Positions 41,637 to 49,600 of a DNA stretch of 64,000 nucleotides are shown one piece after another. This DNA is from an uncultured Nitrososphaerota archaeon (GTDB lineage: Archaea > Asgardarchaeota > Njordarchaeia > Njordarchaeales > Panguiarchaeaceae). The stretch lies in assembly GCA_964636085.1 (NCBI GenBank), contig CAZWPQ010000002.1, forward strand, positions 26,401-90,400. The letters run 5' to 3'. A program made the position numbers and the translations under genes. The first letter of the stretch is position 1. Every line of letters begins with the position of its first letter. The notes beneath the pieces were generated by a model, which saw only the letters and a list, made by a program, of their open reading frames with translations, did no database searches and had not been told where the DNA came from.

Positions 41637-42440
41637 CTAGTGCTGTATGAACGCCCTTATTTTCGATATGAGCTCGAGAGTTCTTTTTCTCTGTGTGAAT
41701 ATTATCTCGAGGTTTTCTGGTTTGTTTCTCAATATTTTTTGTAGTGCTTTATGCGCATTTATAACAAACTTGTGGTCTGTTATTTCTCCAAGGATATCTA
41801 TTATTTCCACTAGGGCTTCGGGCCAATTGTCTGGATGAGATCCGAGGACAATCAGTAGTATTTTTACGTCATTTATGTGGCTTGCGGCATACCTCATAGT
41901 AGTAAGTATCGCTCCTTTTGCATCAATGAGATCTCTTAGAATCTCGAAGAGCTCGCCATATCGATATAGCGTAAATGGCTCAAAAAAACCTTTCTTGTTT
42001 CTATGTCTTCTAACCAAACTTAGTAGATGGTTTAGAAATACTGGGTCTTGGGGGACAAGAACTCCTTCAACTATTTTTATTAATTTTTTCTTGTCGTTGG
42101 GGATCTCGAATTGGAATGTTATTCCATCATACATAAGATTTCCAGATTTATGTGGTTGGGTTAGTAGTCTTTTTACCAACAATTTTGCTTCTTCCACTGT
42201 GGATAGTCCAGCTCCAATAATGTATTTCCTTCCTTTTTCTGTTATTCTTACTATATTGGTTCTGCCTATGCTTGTTCTTGATATGAGCTCCTGTTCCTCC
42301 ATCTTGTCTAAGAGGTCGCTGAGCCATGATTGAGATATGCCTATGACCTCTGCAATTTTATTCTGCTTTAGTGCCCCAAAATATAGCAGTGTTAATACTT
42401 GGCAATATCTTTGTTTTAGCCGTTCTTTTCGGCCCGAAAT
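41637..42440 (-). CDS. Winged-helix (MarR-like) DNA-binding protein with C-terminal extension; probable non-canonical ATT start
   Basis: Frame is open upstream of the ORF-track ATG (42302) and encodes the HTH LKQNKIAEVIGISQSWLSDLLDKME..LISR...VRITEKG; ATT at 42440 lies 6 nt after SD AGGTGA. Confidence 0.75.
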   Translation of the reverse strand: MSGRKERLKQRYCQVLTLLYFGALKQNKIAEVIGISQSWLSDLLDKMEEQELISRTSIGRTNIVRITEKGRKYIIGAGLSTVEEAKLLVKRLLTQPHKSGNLMYDGITFQFEIPNDKKKLIKIVEGVLVPQDPVFLNHLLSLVRRHRNKKGFFEPFTLYRYGELFEILRDLIDAKGAILTTMRYAASHINDVKILLIVLGSHPDNWPEALVEIIDILGEITDHKFVINAHKALQKILRNKPENLEIIFTQRKRTLELISKIRAFIQH

Positions 42441-42521
42441 TTTTATTCACCTAAGATAAAGCCAAAACTACCGAAAATCCTAAATAACATAAGTGAAAAA
42501 ATTAGTTAAAGGTGGGGTGGT

Positions 42522-43868
42522 ATGAATATAAAATCAGTTCTTGAGGATTCCCCTGCCGTGGTTGTTGGGGGCGGATACATATCGCTACATGGTAGGTTGG
42601 CCATACTCCACTGTGGGTGGAAAGAAAGGATTATTGCTCCCGTGATAGCATATAGTCGTATGGGCGGGACTACATTATCCGATAGGGATTTTGTTGTGTC
42701 TAAATACATACTTACAGAACTGGAGTGCGATGAGAAGAAAATCGATATAGAGTTCTTTGAGGATGGATTATTTGTCTATGGAACTCTGCTCCCAAGATAT
42801 ATTACTCCCGAGGGCACAATTCACTCTGAATGGGGAGGTCTAAGCAATTATCCCTGGGTAAGGACGCTTGTCTCTGGCTTCGAACTGATATATAATGGCC
42901 TGCCATATGCCGTGCAATCGAAACATAAAAATGTTGTCGGTGCAACCTATATTGGCATACCAAAACCATTAGAATCAAGGATAGACGATATTGAGCTAGG
43001 TGCGGGCTACAAGAAAATAGAGACAGAAGGATTTATTCTAGAGAATTACCCCATAATACCTAGGCTACGGATTAGAATGTATATGCATCACAGAGTTAGT
43101 GGCATGTCCCTACCAACAATGCTTTATGGGGAGCTATTTGTTAGTAAGGGGGAAATGTTTTGGTTTCAAAGAAAAGGATATTTTGATGTTTTGGAGGGCA
43201 ATCATGGATTACTTATTACTGCCCCCCATGGGGGATATCTTAGGCCATTGGATATGAAGGAAAAATCGGAGTCAATAGCAGATGAGAATACATATGACCT
43301 AGCAAGGATGATCGGCGAAAAAATATATGAGCTAAGCGCGAAGAATATTGTGCCAAACATCTTATTGGCCAGAATACATAGATCCATAATCGATCTAAAT
43401 CGGCACTATTACCTTTCAAATCCCATCGCACAGGAATACCATATGGAGATAAGGAAAATAGCTAGGAAATACAGAAAGGTGCTCCTAATAGACATACACG
43501 GCATGGCTGAAAGGGAGGGAAGAAACATTGAGATCGGGACAATATATGGGAAAACCGTTCATGGAGACATGGAGATCCCTGAAAGTATCCGAAAAACTCT
43601 AATCGGACATGGATTCAAAGTGGCTATTGACAGGGAGCTTATAGGGGGATTCACGGTTAGTGAGCACGGCAAAAATCAGAATGTATATGCAGTACAAATA
43701 GAGGTTGATAGAAACAATAGGAAAAGAAAGAACTTGGAGAAAACGGCTATGGCAATAGCGAAATCAATACTATACGTGTACAATCAAATATCTAATACAG
43801 CACCCATAGAGGAATCTAATAGAGAACATCTAGGCCGCATAGAAAAAGTAGTTGACTTAGAAATATAG
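42522..43868 (+). CDS. Fusion of a gamma-glutamylcyclotransferase (AIG2)-like domain and an N-formylglutamate amidohydrolase-like Zn hydrolase
   Basis: LFVYGTLL...VVGATY...IDDIE...GY (GGCT-like); ITAPHGG, DENT, IDLNR, LIDIHGM, EIGT, AVQIEV (FGase-like). Confidence 0.65.
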   Translation: MNIKSVLEDSPAVVVGGGYISLHGRLAILHCGWKERIIAPVIAYSRMGGTTLSDRDFVVSKYILTELECDEKKIDIEFFEDGLFVYGTLLPRYITPEGTIHSEWGGLSNYPWVRTLVSGFELIYNGLPYAVQSKHKNVVGATYIGIPKPLESRIDDIELGAGYKKIETEGFILENYPIIPRLRIRMYMHHRVSGMSLPTMLYGELFVSKGEMFWFQRKGYFDVLEGNHGLLITAPHGGYLRPLDMKEKSESIADENTYDLARMIGEKIYELSAKNIVPNILLARIHRSIIDLNRHYYLSNPIAQEYHMEIRKIARKYRKVLLIDIHGMAEREGRNIEIGTIYGKTVHGDMEIPESIRKTLIGHGFKVAIDRELIGGFTVSEHGKNQNVYAVQIEVDRNNRKRKNLEKTAMAIAKSILYVYNQISNTAPIEESNREHLGRIEKVVDLEI

Positions 43869-43871
43869 GGG

Positions 43872-44492
43872 GTGATAGTTATGGGCACAATCACGGCAAC
43901 TATGCTAATAGGGGGCACACATCCATATCATGGTGGGATAACCCCGACCCATATGATACTTTTCCGAGAGAACGACTGCCCAATATTGACACTAATTCAG
44001 CTAAGAAGAGGCCCAATCCCAAGCACTTTTGGAATAGTCGTTGAGAAAGTAGACAATGTGGAGTATAAGGTATCTTGGGTTCCAAGATCTTGGAACGATG
44101 TGCTTGAGGATGCGCTCCTAATGGTTGGGATCTATATATTGAGGATTCCAGAGCTCGAATATTTGGCGAGGAAGATATTTGGGAACATGGCCCACGTAAG
44201 TATTCCCGACCTAAAGGTAGGTAAGGATGAGATAAGGAAGATGAGAAAAATTCTTAAAAAACACATTGGAGAGCATGACATAAAGATCGTACTCACAGTG
44301 ATGTTGAACAGCATATTATTGAGACAAATACCAATACTAAGAGAGTATGAGGTCGCATTCGAAGTATGCGTCAGCAGATTCCAAAGACTAAGAGGATACT
44401 GGCATAGAGAGGGCGAATTGGGAGGCTTCATAGAGGAGGACTACGCAAGGCTCATCTCTGGATGGACAAAGAAAACAACAAATAAAAAATAG
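43872..44492 (+). CDS. Hypothetical protein
   Basis: 206 aa, MGTITATMLIGGTHPYHGGITPTH; directly follows the upstream gene with an SD. Confidence 0.75.
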   Translation: MIVMGTITATMLIGGTHPYHGGITPTHMILFRENDCPILTLIQLRRGPIPSTFGIVVEKVDNVEYKVSWVPRSWNDVLEDALLMVGIYILRIPELEYLARKIFGNMAHVSIPDLKVGKDEIRKMRKILKKHIGEHDIKIVLTVMLNSILLRQIPILREYEVAFEVCVSRFQRLRGYWHREGELGGFIEEDYARLISGWTKKTTNKK

Positions 44493-44662
44493 GCTCCAAA
44501 AAATCCAAATGAATAAGAGGATCATTCCTGCAATGATTTTTACTTCTCTTTTTTTCGAGCAACAATAATACAAAATCATGAGCAATGGGTGAGCAAAAAG
44601 AGCACACTAGTAACTAAAGCGTTCATGATAGATTTCTAAGTGCATTGTTATTTAAAAAATAT

Positions 44663-44690
44663 TTTGAACCTATTTATAAATAGGTTCAAA
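44663..44690. promoter_or_regulatory. 28-bp perfect palindrome centred on the TATA box of the AAA ATPase gene
   Basis: TTTGAACCTATTTA|TAAATAGGTTCAAA containing TTTATAAA (44673-44680); ATG at 44702. Confidence 0.8.
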
Positions 44691-44701
44691 GTTGAGTTTG
44701 A

Positions 44702-46117
44702 ATGTCTAGCCTAATGTGGGACATTCTCGGGAGAGTTAATAAGTGGTGGATTGATCCTAAGAGAATTGTTGAGGACGATCACGTAAGTAGATTTATGAAG
44801 TCTACCGTTAGGTGGTGCCCAAATGTTTTTGGGGTCGATGACATTGCGGATGGGGTCTATACATTAAGGGGCCCAAGACAGGTTGGTAAGACGACGATGC
44901 TCAAGCTTTTCATCAAACAGTTGCTTGAGTCCGGATTCGACCCACATTCCATTGTATACGTTCCTTGTGATATTCTTGAGGATTATAGTGAATTACTTAG
45001 GCATCTGATTGATATTAGGCGAAGGGTGTCTGGAAGAATATTAATTATTCTTGATGAGGTAACATTCGTTAGGGAGTGGCAGAGAGCCGTAAAGGTATTT
45101 GTAGACCAAGGATTATTGAAGGACACGACGATAATAGCCTGCGGATCTCATGCAGTGGATGTAAAAGAGGGAGCCTCTTACCTAGTTGGAAGAAGAGGTC
45201 ATGCTAGGCATCCAATAGATAGAGAACTCCTAACGATGAAATTTAGGGACTATGTGGCAGTAACAAATCCAGAGCTTGTCAAGAAAATCAAAACTCTTGA
45301 TGATGTAGTTTCGATGTCTTCATTGAAAAGAGAGGCCTTTATTGAGGAGATCTTCGAGATTTTCATGAAATACTTAGTGACGGGAGGATTTCCAAGGGTT
45401 ATAGACGAGTATAATAGGAGGGGAATGGTGAGTAGGGAGACATTCAGTGATTTTACGAATTATTTGTCGCGGGACATAGCAAAGCTTGGTAAATCCGAGA
45501 ATACTGCGAGGGCGCTCATGGCATCAATAATAAAGCAGAGGTGCAACCCAACATCATGGAATTCGATAGCTAGGGAGATAGGAATATCCCAACCAGTAGC
45601 TCAAGAATATGGGGACTTTCTATCGAGAATGTACATAATCAGGCTAACATACCACCCAAATAGGACATTTACAGGAAGAGATGAAAGAAAAGACAAGAAA
45701 CTAATACTAAGGGATCCGTTCCTATATCATGTAGCCAGTGTTTGGATACGGGGATTCCCAGAAATCAGCATAAACCCACAGGAGACCCTCATCCAAAACC
45801 TAGATGCAGAACAACAACATATTGTCGAAATGATTGTGATAGAGCATATCGCTAGACACTATGTAACATACTACTGGAGGCGAGAAAAAGAGATAGACGC
45901 CATCATTATCAGGAATGGTAACGTCATGGGATTTGAGGTTAAATGGAAAGAAAGAATATCAAGGAGCGAAATCAGAGAAGCCATAAGAACATACAACAAG
46001 ATACCGCTAAATCGAAGAAAACTGATAATAGTGACAAAAAATACTTTTGATGATAGAGGAAATGTAATGCTAGTCCCAGCACCACTTCTCTTGATTATAG
46101 AGGATCTCTTCTCCTGA
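44702..46117 (+). CDS. AAA+ ATPase (COG1373; AAA_14 + DUF4143) with HTH and C-terminal PD-(D/E)xK-like domain
   Basis: GPRQVGKTT, IILDEV, ACGS, YLVTGGFP, WNSIAREIGISQP, EIDAII...GFEVKW. Confidence 0.9.
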   Translation: MSSLMWDILGRVNKWWIDPKRIVEDDHVSRFMKSTVRWCPNVFGVDDIADGVYTLRGPRQVGKTTMLKLFIKQLLESGFDPHSIVYVPCDILEDYSELLRHLIDIRRRVSGRILIILDEVTFVREWQRAVKVFVDQGLLKDTTIIACGSHAVDVKEGASYLVGRRGHARHPIDRELLTMKFRDYVAVTNPELVKKIKTLDDVVSMSSLKREAFIEEIFEIFMKYLVTGGFPRVIDEYNRRGMVSRETFSDFTNYLSRDIAKLGKSENTARALMASIIKQRCNPTSWNSIAREIGISQPVAQEYGDFLSRMYIIRLTYHPNRTFTGRDERKDKKLILRDPFLYHVASVWIRGFPEISINPQETLIQNLDAEQQHIVEMIVIEHIARHYVTYYWRREKEIDAIIIRNGNVMGFEVKWKERISRSEIREAIRTYNKIPLNRRKLIIVTKNTFDDRGNVMLVPAPLLLIIEDLFS

Positions 46118-46396
46118 TCCACTGCTAAATACGAATCTATGGCCTACATTCGAACTCGCTTGGGGAAAACTGGCGCCCAATGTAAATAATCTCCGCCCAT
46201 ATAGTTGACATCAACTTAAAAATAAATGCAGATACAACACAAAGACAAAAGGAATTCTATCTTGGTGTATTGTTCAGGATTGTAGCTTTGTCTTTATAGG
46301 TTATCTTAATATTTCAAAAGTTTGTTACTTTTCGTGCTGATGGGATTTTATCTTTACTTCTCTGGCAGTCTAAATCATCAAATTCATTCCCTTAAT

Positions 46397-46505
46397 TTTG
46401 TTTTTTCTTGTGCTCCTAGATGAGTGGTTTTTATGCTTTCTATCAACCCATTGTAGCTATTTAGATGCTATCAAAATGTCCTATATATACCGTATTGCAC
46501 CCTAT
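46397..46505 (+). repeat. Degenerate ~110-bp dispersed repeat, copy 2
   Basis: TTTGTTTTTTCTTGTGCTCCTAGATGAGTGG...CCATTGT...ATACCGTATTGCA aligns with 39961-40069. Confidence 0.75.
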
Positions 46506-46685
46506 GAAAAATAAAGAGTCTACACAACACTCCCCATCTTGAGCGCGCTTTAAAGATTTTCTAAATTAATACAATAATATATAAATACTATAACAGATAA
46601 CTATATCTATATAATATATACAATATTTGCAATAAATTTTTTAAAATGAATACAAATATGTATTATCAAATACAAATTTATTACG

Positions 46686-49600
46686 GTGGTATATTTGCGA
46701 AAAGTATTTAGGCAAATACCTTTAAAGCACTCCGCCCCAGTCCTCGCAACCATAGCTCTCCTTCTAATAACACCACAAATACTACAAAACACACCACCAA
46801 CAGCAAAGGCAAACGTAACACCACAAATAGCAGACATAGGACAAGTAATAATATTCGACGCCAGAGAATCTCACGGAATGATAGTAGATTATGAATGGAT
46901 ATTCCACGATGGGACTATAAAACATGGAGCAGTGGTACAGCACGCATTTCAGAAACCAGGAATATATTACGTAACGCTAATAGTAACAGCAGACAACGGA
47001 CTAACAGACCTAACGACAGTAAAAGTAGTGGTGAGAAATGATCCACCAAAGGCAAAGATCACCGCAAACACAATAGCATACGAGGGCGAAGAAATAACAT
47101 TCGACGCAACGCAAACACTAGACAGCGACATCGACCTACCAAACCTAAAATACTACTGGGACCTTGGGGATGGGTACGTGGCTGAGGGAAAGATCGTTAG
47201 CTACATATATAGGGTCTCTGGAACATACACAGTCACACTCAGAGTCGAGGACGACCAAGGATTCATAGACACAGAGACTATATATGTTACCATCCTAAAC
47301 AAGCCACCAGAAGCAAACGCTGAGGCCAACAAAGTTGTTGTCTATGAGGGTGAAGAAATACATTTCTATGGATATGCTGTGGACACAGAATATGAGAATC
47401 TAACATACCTATGGGACTTTGGGGAAGGAACATATGCATTCACCAAGGATGCAACACATACATACTGGGTCTCAGGGGTATACACCGTTGAGTTCATGGT
47501 TAGGGACGAGGAGGGAGAAATATCAAGCGACACAATAACGGTAGAAGTCATAAACAAGCCACCAACAGTGAGCATAAAGCAGAAGAATATTGTCGTAGAA
47601 GAGGGGAGGACAATAATAGTGGAGGCGGATATAGAGGACACACCAACAGACATCCCACTAATAACATACGAGTGGAGCAATGGGGCTGGAGGATGGAGAA
47701 GACCATACATATGGCCAGACGACTGGAGCGGAGAAATATGGGTAAGGGCAACAGACGATGACGGAGCAATAAGCACGGATAGGGCAACAGTCCGAGTGGT
47801 GAATGTGGATCCAGAAGCATCAATAATAGATTGCTACGCAATAGCAAACATAACATTTAGGGTTGCTGGGGCACCAAACGCAACGATAGAGGTGAGATTA
47901 TTAAGAGACAACAGGACAATAATGGAGGCAAACATAACGAGGATACATTCCGAACCAGAAAATATAAGCCTAATGATAAATGGTAAGCTAGACCTAACAT
48001 CAACATGGATAGTCGAGGCAAGATACATACAGAACTACCCGCCATGTGGAAGCAACCCAGCATGGGTAATAATGGAGTTTAGCAACGGTGCATGGAGAAA
48101 AATACACCATGTATTCAATCCAGAACACAACGAGACATACGAGTGGAGGGTCATCCTGAACGACTACATAATAAAACCGTTCCCAGAGATCCATGAGTAT
48201 GATTGCGGATACTACTGTGGCTATGACCTAGAACATTATGGCGACCCGGAAATATACTTCGTAGGGAAGGGTTTTGATAGAGGAATGGACAACCTAACAT
48301 TCCTATGGTACGTCAACAATACCCCCGCGGTGATGGAGGAGTATGAGGCCACAGAATACCCAATGCTTGCAGAGTCAACATTCTCCTGGGAGATTGGATA
48401 TCCAACAAACATAAGCCTAAGAGTCGTGGACGATGATGGAGGACACTCAAAAACATGCATGGTCAGGATACTGAAACAGAACACAACAATGATGATCGAG
48501 GGAATGGCGGGGAGAATAGAGATCGTGAACTATACGGATAATGTCGAGGAATACGGAATATTTTACGCAACGACAAATGCGACTGAGAACACAACAATAG
48601 TATGGATGCTTGATGGAGACACACTATACGGCCCAAGTATAACATATGTATGGAATGAGTCTGGAACATACATAGTGAGGATATACAGGAACATATCTGG
48701 GGAATTAGCATTCCTAGACGCGGTCAAGGTAGAGGTATATAACGTACCACCAGAAATACTGGAGCCAAGAGATGTTGTGCTTGATGAGGGAGCACCAATA
48801 AACTTCGCACTATCCGCAATTGACACGCCAAACGACAAACAAAAACTAAGGATACTATGGATATTCCCACAGGGATATAGGGACGCAAACATAACTACAG
48901 ACTATATATTCTGGAGGTCTGGAACACACACAATAACACTATATGCTGTGGATGATGATGGTGCTGTAGCAACAATAAACGTGAGCATAGACGTTATGAA
49001 CAAACCCCCAACAGCAGAGAAGAAGGAGTATATGGCAACAATGGACAAATCAATAGTAATGACATGTGTCGCAAGCGACACACCATACGACAAATTCTAT
49101 CTGCAGTACAGGTGGGTTATAGGGGATGAGACAATAGTCGATGGGTACGATACAGTGTACACGTTTACAAAGCCAGGTGATATACAAGTAAAGGTATTCG
49201 TCACAGATGATGATGGAGACTCTGTGGAGACAAGCATAAATGTGACCGTGGAAAACCCGCCACCAATAATAAACATACTAGAAGAAATAATTTATTATGG
49301 CCCACATGTCCCAATACCAATAAACACAACAACAGTAGACACACCAGCACACGAAGGAGGAGTAACCGTGAAATGGACAGTATACTATGACGGACAAGCA
49401 CAATACCAAGACCATCAGACAAAAATATGGGTGAGGGCGACCGGACAATACGTGCTAGTAGTAACCGCGATAGATCCAGGTAGAGCAACAACACAGAAAA
49501 CACTAAGCTTGCAGGTAACATTGGATGATGATGGTGATGGACTTACAAATGAGCTAGAGGAGGAACTGCAAACAAATCCAAACGCTCCAGATACAGATGG

